This document shows positions 1 through 9,300 of a stretch of 22,715 nucleotides of DNA, in pieces. The position numbers were made by a program, and so were the translations under genes. The notes under the pieces are model-generated. The model saw only the letters and a program-made list of their open reading frames with translations, made no database searches and had not been told where the DNA came from. Position 1 is the stretch's first letter. Each line of letters opens with the position of its first letter. Source of the stretch: Octopus sinensis (taxonomy: Eukaryota); the NCBI RefSeq assembly GCF_006345805.1, contig NW_021836719.1, forward strand, positions 1 to 22,715, in the 5' to 3' direction.

Positions 1-25
1 AATTTTAATAAAAAGTAAAAAACCG

Positions 26-69
26 CCACTACAATTGTTTCATTTCTTCAAATGAACATCTTCAGGTGG
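26..69 (-). ncRNA. Second, mirror hammerhead motif with degraded stem II
   Basis: Minus strand reads CCAC-CUGAAGA-uguucauuugaagaaau-GAAAC-AAUU-GUA-GUGG. Core and stems I/III are intact; stem II is weak. Confidence 0.5.
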
Positions 70-95
70 ATTTCACTGATTTGAAAATCGGAAAT

Positions 96-138
96 CCACC
101 TGAAGATTGTCATTGAAGACATGAAACAATTGTAGTGG
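96..138 (+). ncRNA. Minimal type I hammerhead ribozyme motif (Penelope-type), possibly decayed
   Basis: Stem I CCAC(96-99)/GUGG(135-138); CUGAAGA(100-106); stem II UGUC(108-111)/GACA(118-121); GAAA(123-126); palindromic stem III ACAAUUGU(126-133); cleavage triplet GUA(132-134). U107/U122 replaces the usual stem II closing pair. Confidence 0.65.
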
Positions 139-443
139 CGGTTTTTTTACTTTTTTATTAAAATTTTATGTATTGATTAAGTCTTTCCTTGTTTGTTTTG
201 CAAAATAGTGGTTTTGTCTCTAATTAATATTATATAATATTTTACTATAATTGGATTTAATCCTAAATCTGATTTTTTCCCTGTAATTGGATTTATTCCC
301 TAATATTTATTATTATATATATATATATATTATATAATATTTATTGCTTAGTATTGTGAGGCTAATAATCTGGTGTAGAACTCACTATATATATGCTTCA
401 GAATAAATGTTAGTCAAGTACAGGATGGTAATAAGAAAGTGTA

Positions 444-602
444 ATGACAAAGTAACAAACGATTATTATTTTATGATCTTCATTAGCTTACAGCTGTTTC
501 TGTTTCTGTAAGGTTACTCAAGCACTCAACTAGAGTGTCAGAAACAACTGTAAGCTAATGAAGTTCATAAGACAATTGTGTATTCATTTATTCCTTTGTC
601 AT
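444..602. repeat. Inverted repeat (core arms 471-502 and 539-570) with hammerhead-like 3' halves
   Basis: ttatgatcttcattagcttacagctgtttctg versus cagaaacaactgtaagctaatgaagttcataa gives 30/32 complementarity. Outer atgacaaag (444-452) pairs with ctttgtcat (594-602). Arms contain GAAAC-A(G/A)CT-GTA. Confidence 0.75.
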
Positions 603-1160
603 CTCATTATATATTATATTTTGGGATAGTCAAATGACCATCTTGAAATATAACAATACCTGTTTCAACACATGATTTCACATCAGGTATTGTGCAAAGC
701 AAATTCATAAACATGTGTATATAATATATGTATATATATTGATCATAAAAAAGACAAAAAAAAAACTTTCTATAATTAGGTTTAAGGTATGAAACCAAAA
801 TGTGATAGGAATTATTGGCATGAGGATCTTGTCCTTAATAGCCCTAAACAATTTTCAGTCTTTAAGACCCAGCTCATTCACATATAAAAATATTCAGTTG
901 TATTACTATCTGACCGGATTACTTCCCTTTGCTTCAATGTTCAAGTTGAACTTTTTTGTTTTTTCCGGGATCACTAATGCAAGAAAAACTATGTGGCTTA
1001 GTATATTTGATTAAAACTCTCAAAATCATGGTCGCATTTGGTGACTGAAATGAGTAAAAGAAAACTAAAAGAATATATCAGTTTATTAGATGAAATTACA
1101 CAGAGTTTAAATTGAGAAATAACATTTGTAGTGACTAAATTCACATCTGAAGTTTTCCTT

Positions 1161-1625
1161 TCATCATCATCATCATCGTTTAGCGTCCGCTTTCCATGCT
1201 GGCATGGGTTGGACGGTTCAACTGGGGTCTGGGAAGCCAGAAGGCTGCACCAGGCCCAGTCTGATCTGGCAAAGTTTCTACGGCTGGATGCCCTTCCTAA
1301 CACCAACCACTCCTTGAGTGTAGTGGGTGCTTTTTACGTGCCACCGGCACAGATGCCAGACGAGGCTGGCAAACGGCCATGATCGGATGGTGCTTTTTAC
1401 GTGCCACCGGCACGGGGGCCAGGCGAGGCTGGCAAACGGCCACGGTCGGATGGTGCTTTTTATGTGCCACCGGCACGGAGGCCAGGCGAGGCTGGCAAAC
1501 GGCCACGGTCGGATGGTGCTTTTTACATGCCACCGGCACGGGGGCCAGGCGAGGCTGGCAAACGGCCACAATCGGATGGTGCTTTTTACGTGTCACCGGC
1601 ACGGAGGCCAGGCGAGGCTGGCAAC
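1161..1625 (-). mobile_element. 5'-truncated copy of the RTE LINE 3' region (or a SINE sharing it), with (GAT)n tail
   Basis: Reverse complement is roughly 90% identical by eye to ~8745-9023 and ends in taaacgatgatgatg. No target-site duplication seen. Confidence 0.85.
1326..1625. repeat. 63-bp tandem repeat, ~4.7 copies
   Basis: ggtgcttttt recurs at 1326, 1389, 1452, 1515 and 1578 (period 63). This explains the 21-aa periodic ORFs in several frames. Confidence 0.97.
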
Positions 1626-1757
1626 ATATAAATATATTGTGAAAAACTAAATTAGCAAGAAACTGGGAAATAGACTTTTTAATGAAGAATAAATAATTGT
1701 TGATGTTGCTTCCTTTTTTTTTTCAAACAATGTGAAGTATATTTTTGTTATGACTAA

Positions 1758-1895
<138 letters not shown>

Positions 1896-2254
1896 TGACA
1901 CATTTATCTTATTAAATATCAGAAATTAATTTTGCAGCTTGATGCCACAGCAATCTTTGCTTAGCATTTAAGAATCTTGTTCTTTTACATTTTTGCACAT
2001 TAAATGCTGTTAATTTTTTTTTTTTTTTTTTTTATTTTTTTTAGCAAATAACCATTTAATTTTATCTCATGATACATTTGCTGAATTGAATTTCAGAAAA
2101 TTACAAATTTTAGTAACTTTTCTGATTAAATTTTGTAGATATCGCTTTCCAGAAATGAAATCATCATCATCACCATCATCATCATCACCTTCATCATCAT
2201 TTAACATCCATTTTTCATTTGTAATTAATTCAACTCTTTTCATTACCATATTTC

Positions 2255-2471
2255 TATGGAAACACATTGTCTTTGCTTCAGTTAATTTTTGAAAATAATG
2301 AAGAATTAAAAAAAAAAACTCATTACTAAAAATCTGGTATTTGTAAAAAAAAAATAACAAAATTTCAATGGAAATTTTTAAGATTTAGATTTTCTAGATT
2401 TTCTTTAAAATATAAACTCTGCAACATAGAACCAAGGATGGTCTTTTGTGGGTTAGCATCAAAAGGGTTAA
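2255..2471 (+). mobile_element. MITE-like repeat family D fragment ending in aaaagggTTAA (piggyBac-like end)
   Basis: Shares acac(a/c)tg..ttt..ttcagttaattttgaaaat(a/g)atgaag...gaaccaaggatggtct with 3757-3982 and 4030-4282. Confidence 0.6.
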
Positions 2472-2785
2472 ATGTGTTGAATGTAATGTTAATTATTTGT
2501 CATTAAGATCACATTAGTTGAGGTATTTAATTGAAAATAAACTTTAAATTGAATTGAAAATAAAATTCCAGAGAAGATTACTAGTAATAGTGGCCTGAAG
2601 ATAACTTATAGAACTACAGAAAATCTACAGACATATATAGAAAATATATACATCTGTTGGTCATATCTGCTAAAACTGCATCAAGGAGGCAACTATTTTG
2701 TCAGGGTCAAATAGAGAGCACTTTTTCCCGACTAGACTGAAAAGTAAAAAACAACAGCAACTGCAGCAGCAGCAGCAACAACAAT

Positions 2786-2918
2786 CCTTTCTGATGTAGG
2801 CACAAGGCCTGAAATTTTGGAGGGCGGGGCTAAGTCAATTACATCAACCCCAGTATTCCACTGGTACTTATTTCATCAATCCCTGAAGGATGAAAGACAA
2901 GGTCAACCTCAGCAGAAA
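2786..2918 (-). mobile_element. Degraded SINE family B fragment
   Basis: aagtcaattacatcaacccccagtattccactggtacttatttcatcaatccctgaaggatgaaagacaaggtcaacctc aligns with 20479-20550. Confidence 0.7.
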
Positions 2919-2926
2919 TAATTGTG

Positions 2927-2968
2927 ATAATAATAATGATGATGATGGTGATGGTGGTGATAATAGTA

Positions 2969-3007
<39 letters not shown>

Positions 3008-3021
3008 GTAATAATAATAAT
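2927..3021. repeat. (GAT/GGT)n-(AAT)n microsatellite
   Basis: Direct reading. Confidence 0.95.
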
Positions 3022-3029
3022 GAGTAATT

Positions 3030-3580
3030 ATGCCCTGATGCAATACCAGGCAGTGGCTCTCGTGGCTTCTGATCTTAACTGATTGGAAGTGTTATCATGT
3101 ACATTGTTTTGTCTTGGTATAAAAGATGGGCTACAGCAAATATTCTGCTCAATACCACAGTTGCTTGACCTTAACCAGTTAAGCATGTCCCTTAGTGGAT
3201 GATGTTATGTGCCTCTCTGACCATGAGCAGAAGTAGTGGAGGAGCATCATAGCCATGTGTTGAAAGGAATTCTTGGAGGTTTGAATAATTCACTTCTGGA
3301 AACATGGGTGTTTTGTTCATCATCCTTAAACAAACCTTATTCAAAGACCTTTTGAGCAGGATGGGCTACTCAACCTGAAAAAATTCTAACTGGGCCCCAC
3401 CTGCATGGTCGTGCACTATTTATCTTGATGTAAGATCACCATGTTGTGCACATGTGGTTGTGATGCATGTGCCTGGTGTACCTTTATCAGACGGGTAGTC
3501 ATGATGGGTATATTGGGCTTCGTATAATTGTACCCCAGTGTCACTTTGATGGCATGTACTCCTCTCTCACTCAATAATGA
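3030..3580 (+). mobile_element. Unclassified interspersed repeat lying next to an (AAT)n tract and ending in ctcaataat
   Basis: A ~550-bp block of higher GC with sharp boundaries, starting just after (AAT)n and ending in aataat. Single copy in this window, so repeat status is inferred. Confidence 0.4.
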
Positions 3581-3613
3581 GTACTATTGTTAAGCTATAA
3601 TTTCTTCAAAGCA

Positions 3614-3730
3614 GGGGAACATAGCCAACTGGTTAAGGTCTAGTCCTCATGATCATTAAGTTACATATTTGATTCCTAGAATGGGCAGTGTGTTGTGTCC
3701 TTAAGCAAGGCACTTCATTTCACATTGCTT
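3614..3730 (+). mobile_element. Degraded tRNA-derived CORE-like SINE
   Basis: A-box-like tagccaactggttaagg and B-box-like tttgattcc, then gttgtgtccttaagcaaggcacttcatttcacattgct, which resembles the CORE domain start. Confidence 0.5.
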
Positions 3731-3756
3731 GACACCCCAAATTGCACACTACCATC

Positions 3757-4282
3757 TTAACCCTGCCTCCCTTTATTTTACCAAGTTTTCCAAACACATG
3801 CACAAGCAAGAAGTGTTGAAATACACTGCATTTGTTTCAGTTAATTTTGAAAATGATGAAGGACTTTGTAAAATAACTTTGTCGTTATTAAGTTGGTGTT
3901 TGGATGGAAGCTTTTAATTTAGGGTGTTTGGATCATGGAACCAAGGATGGTCTCAGGCAGGGCTGGTAGCAGATGGGTTTAGACAAACATGATGGAAAGA
4001 TCTGGAAGCTAAATTATATGAGTAGGATATTTCTGTTGAGATACACTGCTTTTATTTTAAGAAATTTTGAAAATGATGAAGAATTTAATGAAATAACTTT
4101 GTTTATGCCCCTGTAACTTAGCATTTCAGCAACAAATTGCATTTAAACACCAGCTTAGGTATTTAGAACATAAATTAGCATGCAATTTTGATGAATGGTT
4201 TTAATTTAGATTAATTTAAAACAGCAAGTTTGTATCACAAGCACAGGGGTGGCCTCAGATGGTTTGGTGTGAAAAGGGTAAC
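3757..4282 (+). mobile_element. Two adjacent family D MITE-like copies (TTAAccct ... aaaagggtaa)
   Basis: Internal duplication of tgttga(a/g)atacactgc...ttttgaaaatgatgaag...aaataactttgt at ~3814 and ~4035. Left end ttaaccct at 3757. Confidence 0.6.
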
Positions 4283-4442
4283 TCTAAATGATGTAATACT
4301 AGCTATGCCATGCTGAAAAAAAGGAATGATGGTCACAATTGGAAGGCATTTGATTAGAGACCAATTTGATCAGGACTTATTTGGATCTAAGCAAAAGCAA
4401 TAAAAAAAAAAATTTATATCTTTATAGCATTTTATTATCATA

Positions 4443-4618
4443 GGCATAGGAGTGGCTGTGTGGTAAATAGGTTGCTTACAGACCACATGGTTCTGGGTTC
4501 AGTCCCAATGTATGGCAATGTATGACTACTATAGTCTTGGGCTGACCAAAGCCTTGAGAGTGGATTTGGTAGGTGGAAACTGAAAGAAGCCTGTGGTATA
4601 TATGTATGCATATATATA

Positions 4619-4658
<40 letters not shown>

Positions 4659-4844
4659 TATATGTATGTGTGTGTGTATATGTTTGTGTGTCTGTGTTTA
4701 CGTCCCCGTAACTTAGTGGTTCGGCAAAAGAGACCAATAGAATAAGTACTAGGCTTACAAAGAATAAGTCCTGGGATCGATTTGCTTGACTAAAGGTGGT
4801 GTTCCAGCATGGCCACAGTCAAATGACTGAAACAAGTAAAAGAG
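4443..4844 (+). mobile_element. tRNA-derived SINE family A with internal (TA)n(TG)n
   Basis: Head ggcataggagtggctgtgtggtaa...gggttcagtccc and tail cagtcaaatgactgaaacaagtaaaagag. Aligns with 13464-13848. Confidence 0.9.
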
Positions 4845-5023
4845 TAACTGTAAATCTAGAATTTAGAGACTTAACTCTACCAGTTTATATCTGAAGCCTT
4901 ATGAAACCCTTCTTTTTGGCTTTGTTTCTCATTTTAAAGTTATATTGTAAATATAATTCTCACATTTTGTATTTGTTAAACAAATTAAATGATAACTCAT
5001 TATTTTTTTTTCTCTCATTTTAG

Positions 5024-5064
5024 AACTTTCTCCATCAGAAGTCAAGTGTTTAGATGCCAGTAAG
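5024..5064 (+). CDS. SPAST: Spastin coding exon (41 nt; equivalent to human exon 16)
   Basis: Polypyrimidine tract plus tag acceptor (5022-5023) and gtaagt donor (5065). Phase-compatible with the previous exon. Encodes ELSPSEVKCLDASK (human ELKPEQVKNMSASE). Confidence 0.93.
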
Positions 5065-5209
5065 GTAAGTGAAAACAAGAAAAAAACCCCCCAAGTTTTA
5101 GTTCCTCATTGGCTTATAATCTTGGGATTTATTATTTTGTTGCCTTAATGAGAAATTTAGAAAAAAATACTATATTTTACTCTCTCTCTGTAGGTGTTTG
5201 GGTGGGTCA

Positions 5210-5388
5210 AGCATAGCAGTTACTGTGACTGAGAAGTTCACTTCCCAATGACATTTTTTCCAGGTCCAGTTCCACTGCATGGCACCTTGGACAAGGGTCT
5301 TCTATACCCCTGGGCTCAAAGCCTTTTGAGAGGATTTTGTAGATGCAAACTGAAACAAGCTTATTGTATATGTGTGTATGTGAGTGGA
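5210..5388 (+). mobile_element. Degraded 5' half of SINE family A
   Basis: ccactgcatggcaccttggacaagggtcttcta...aaactgaaacaagc. Confidence 0.75.
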
Positions 5389-5455
5389 TGTCATCTTCAT
5401 TGTCATCATTTAATGTCTGTTTTCTGTGCTGGCATGGGTTGGACAGCTGGATCAG
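5388..5455 (-). mobile_element. Short RTE-type 3' tail fragment
   Basis: catcatttaatgtctgttttctgtgctggcatgggttggacag matches 1170-1215. Confidence 0.7.
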
Positions 5456-5486
5456 AACTGATATGTATATATATATATATATATAT

Positions 5487-5784
5487 GTGATCACGTAACC
5501 GACCAGACCATCAGATGTGGCTACACATCGCTGGTCACAATGCGTTCGCATTGTTTTAGCCTTTGAATGACGCCACCCCGCTGGCTAAGCGAGCAGGCCA
5601 ACAGAAGAAAGAGCGAGAGAAAGAGTGGTAAAAGAGTACAGCAGGGATCACCAGCCCCTGCTGGAGCTTTGTGGAGCTTTTAAGTGTTTTCGCTCAATAA
5701 ACACGCACAACGCCTAGTCTGGGAATCGAAACCGCGATCCTACAACCATGAGTCCACTGCCCTAACCACTGGGCCATTGTGCCT

Positions 5785-5785
<1 letters not shown>
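5487..5785 (-). mobile_element. tRNA-derived SINE family C between (TA)n and (CA)n
   Basis: Minus-strand head ggcacaatggcccagtggttagggcagtggactc...ggtttcgattccc has A and B boxes, followed by a ~220-nt non-tRNA body. Confidence 0.8.
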
Positions 5786-5820
<35 letters not shown>

Positions 5821-5837
5821 ACACATTTATATATATG

Positions 5838-8800
5838 TGCATGCCCCTCAGCCAGGGCTATCCGATGGACAGAAAGACCGATTCTATGACACCCTACTAT
5901 CTCGTTGACGAACGACAGAGACCTTCTCTTTATGGCTGGGGACTTCAATGGTCATGTTGGACGACATGCTGGGGGCTTCCATGGTGTACATGGAGGCTAT
6001 GGTTATGGTTCTGCGATGCAAATGATCGTATGGTTTGCAACACTAACTTTAGGAAACCTACCAGCCACCTAGTCACTTACCGATCGGGCCGACATACCAG
6101 CTAAATTGACTACATCCTTGCCAGGAAAAGGGAAAGATGGCTGCTTATAAATGCCAAAACCTTCCCAGGCAAAGAATGTACCCCACAACATAGACTGCTA
6201 GTTAGTGACTTTAGGATCAAGACTAAGAGGACGACCGGAAGACGACCAACATGGAGAAGAAGGTTCTGGAAGCTTAAAGATCCTGCGAATGGACAGAGAC
6301 TTAGGGACATATTACTTGAAGCCTTTGACGAAGTAGAAGGGGATATAGCTTCACATGGGGTAGAAGACAACTGGAAGTTTCTAAGGGACAACCTGCTGAG
6401 AGCCACTGACCAGATCTGTGGCTGGTGCAAAGTCCCATCTCGACCCAAAATAATGAGGTGGTGGAACAATGTTGTTGACAGGGCTATTAGAGAAAAGAGA
6501 CAGGCTTGGAAGGACTGGAAAAATGGTGGTAGCAGGGAATTGTATCAGACTACCAAAAGAGAAGCTACGAGACAGGTTTATTTAGCCAGAAGGGAAGCAG
6601 ATAAGAAAAAATTTGCCAATGTTCTGCGCCGTGAGGACCAAAGACTTGAGGTATTCCGTGTTGCAAGACAGTGTGTGAGAGAGAATCGTGATGTGGTAGG
6701 AGAGAAATGTGTTCGCATGGATGATGGCTCACTTGTGCTGAATGAGGATGTTAAGAGAGAGGTTTGGAGACACCATTATGAGAGGCTGCTAAATAAGGAA
6801 AATGAATGGGATAAAGAGAGTCTGCCGAGTGTCGACTCAACAGAGGGACCAGCTATCCGAGTTGACAGTTCCTTAGTAGTTAAGGCAATTAGAAGCATGA
6901 AGACAAGGAAAGCCCCAGGCCCATCAGGAATCACTGCAGAGATGCTCAAAATATCTGGTAGTGTCGGCTATAGCCTAATCACCCATATAGTTAACCAGGT
7001 GATACATGGAGGAGTCATACCCAATGACTGGTGTAGCAGCATAATAGTCAACTGCTACAAAGGTAAAGGTGACGCTTTAGATACAAATAATTACAGAGGT
7101 ATCAAGCTGTTGGATCAGGTAATGAAGGTTACGGAGAGGGTCATAGCCCAACTGATTAGGGAAAGAGTCAGCTTGGATGAGATGCAGTTTGGTTTCATGC
7201 CAGGGAAAAGCACCACTGATGCCATATTTCTGGTGAGACAGCTGCAGGAGAAATACCTAGCCAAAGATAAGCCCCTGTACCTGGATTTCGTTGACATGGA
7301 GAAAGCCTTTGACAGGGTCCCCCAATCCCTTATCTGGTGGTCAATGAGGAAACTAGGGATAGATGAATGGTTAGTGAGAGCTGTGCAAGCCATGTACAGA
7401 GATGCTGTAAGTAAGGTGACAGTTGGCAATGAGTACGCTAAAGAATTCAGGGTAGAGGTTGGGGTCCACCAAGGTTCAGTCCTCAGCCCCCCTATTTATC
7501 ATAGTCCTCCTGGCAATAACGGAGGAATTCAAGACAGGCTGCCCCTGGGAGCTCCTATATGCTGATGACCTTGCTCTAATTGCTGAGTCACTATCAGAAC
7601 TAGAGGCAAAGTTTCAAGTCTGGAGATAAGGATTAAAATCGAAGGGCCTTAAAATCAACCTAGCTAAAACCAAGGTCCTAATATGTAGGAAGGCAGGCAA
7701 ATCACAAACGCCTTCAGGTAGATGGCCCTGCTCAATCTGTAGAAAAGGCGTAGGTAGAAACTCTATAAGATGCACCAAGTATAAGCTATGGACACATAAG
7801 AGGTGCGGCAATGTCAAAGGAAGGCTAACTGGGAAGATAGTTTTTGTATGTGGCAGATGCTCAGGAGCAATAAACACTGAAAATGCTCAGAGACCAACTT
7901 CTGCCACATTCCAGGGAGAAAAACTAGAAATTGTTGATAGCTTCTGTTACCTAGGTGACCAAGTCAGTAGCGGGGGCGGGTGTGCTGAAAGTGTGCTAGA
8001 GTAAGAATAGCCCGGGCAAAGTTCAGAGAGCTCTTACCTCTTGCCTCAGAGTAAAAGGCAGACTGTATGACGCATGTGTACGAACAGCCATGCTACATGG
8101 CAGTGAAACTTGGGCCGTGACTGCTGCGGATATGCATAAGCTCGCAAGAAATGAAGCTAGTATGCTCCGATGGATGTGTAATGTCAGTGTTCATACTCGA
8201 CAAAGTGTAAGTACCTTGAGAGAAAAGTTGGACCTAAGAAGCATCAATTGTGGTGTGCAAGAGAGACGTTTGTGCTGGTATGGTCATGTAGCGAGAATGG
8301 ATGAAGATAGTTGTGTGAAAAAGTGCCACACCCTAGCAGTTGAGGGAACCTGTGGAACAGGTAGACCCAGGAAAACCTGGGACGAGGTGGTAAAGCACGA
8401 CCTTTGAACTTTAGGTCTCACCGAGGAAATGACCAGAGACCGAGACCTTTGTGCATGGGAAGACCCGGCAGGACAAGTGAGACCATAATCCATGGCCTCT
8501 ACCTGGGACGTAGCCAGTCCATTTATGCATACCTTTCCTTCTTGTGACACAAAACTCTACTTGTGAAGACCTGTTGAGGCAAGTGAAAATCAAAATCGAA
8601 ATCGATCAACATCAATGGAACTTGTAGCTGTGATACCAGTGCCGGTGGCACGAAAGAGAACCATCCGAACGTGGCCATTGCCAGCGCTGCCACGACTGGC
8701 CTCCATGCCGGTGGCACATAAAAAGCACCATCCGATTGTCGCCATTGCCAGCCTCATCTGGCCCCCTTGCTGGTGGCACGTAAAAAGCACCATCCATCCG

Positions 8801-9023
8801 TGGCCGTTCGCTAGCCTCGTCTGGCACCTGTGCAGGTGGCACATAAAAAGCACCCACTACACTCACGGAGTGGTTGGCATTAGGAAGGGCATCCAGCTGT
8901 AGAAACACTGCCAGATCTGACTGGAGCCTGGTGCAGCCTTCTGGCTTCCTAGACCCCAGTTGAACCGTCCAACCCTTGCCAGCATGGAAAACGGACGTTA
9001 AACGATGATGATGATGATGATGA
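5838..9023 (+). mobile_element. 5'-truncated, inactivated RTE-clade non-LTR retrotransposon (APE + RT, long 3' region, (GAT)n tail)
   Basis: APE motifs: (H)APQ ~5840, GDFNGHVG 5938-5961, IDYIL 6105, QHRLL ~6186. RT motifs: YRGIKLL, QFGF..GKST, FVDMEKAFDRVP, GVHQGSVLSP, YADD 7558-7569, FCYLG 7942-7956. RTE-type C-terminus (RRLCWYGHV, GRPRKTW). Tail taaac(gat)n at ~8999-9023. Confidence 0.93.
5840..8480 (+). pseudogene. Disrupted RTE endonuclease/reverse transcriptase ORF
   Basis: Stops at 6102, 7627 and 8405; frameshift at ~7490; further indels near 5900, 6010, 7995 and 8040. Confidence 0.9.
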
Positions 9024-9171
9024 TCAGCATAGTAACAATGGCCAGTAGTAGATATGGGTGGAATGTGTCCATAAATCTTTTCTTTGGTCTTGGGCTTGTT
9101 CCATGAGATGTTTTGAACCCTCACAAGTTGCCTGGTGTATGTAGTTTAGTTGTACAAAATCATGAGCACTC

Positions 9172-9300
9172 CGAGGAAAATGCTTAATAGCATTTCATTT
9201 GTCTTTACATTCTAAGTTCAAATGCTGCCAAGTTTGACTCTACTTTTCATCCTTTTGGAATTGAGAAAATGAGTACCAGTTAAACACTAGGGTCTTAATC
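9172..9300 (+). mobile_element. Degraded SINE family B fragment
   Basis: aaatgcttaatagcatttc...agttcaaat...tttcatccttttggaattgagaaaatgagtaccagtt aligns with 11318-11421. Confidence 0.7.

Larger units (their letters stand above)
1..165. repeat. Long imperfect inverted repeat (arms ~1-74 and ~91-165), probably an inverted Penelope-like element terminal repeat; may extend beyond the left edge
   Basis: 1-74 (aattttaataaaaagtaaaaaaccgccactacaattgtttcat...tcttcaggtggatttc) is nearly the reverse complement of 91-165, with a 16-nt spacer. Each arm carries a hammerhead core. The Penelope assignment is inferred from that association. Confidence 0.85.

Noticed and set aside
653-693. Third hammerhead on the minus strand (ctgatg...gaaacaggta) within a 10-bp inverted repeat
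   Set aside because: The core reads CUGAUGU, there is no convincing stem II, and stem I is out of register with the GUA.
1326-1625. CRISPR array or repetitive protein-coding gene
   Set aside because: Units are contiguous with no unique spacers and the context is eukaryotic. The ORFs in several frames simply reflect a stop-poor 63-bp period.
1326-1625. Pistol or HDV-like ribozyme in the 63-bp unit
   Set aside because: CGUG..CACG-UAAAAAG resembles pistol P1 and its linker, and CCAGCCUCGCCUGG resembles HDV P3/L3. I could not build pistol P2/P3 or HDV P1/P2/P4 around them.
5715-5785. tRNA genes at SINE heads (also 4443, 11283, 13464, 17475)
   Set aside because: A/B boxes are present, but there is no proper cloverleaf acceptor stem, and each continues into a SINE body.
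6453-7565. 370-aa ORF as an intact host or active gene
   Set aside because: It is a fragment of the RTE ORF. It frameshifts before YADD, and the element has stops upstream and downstream.
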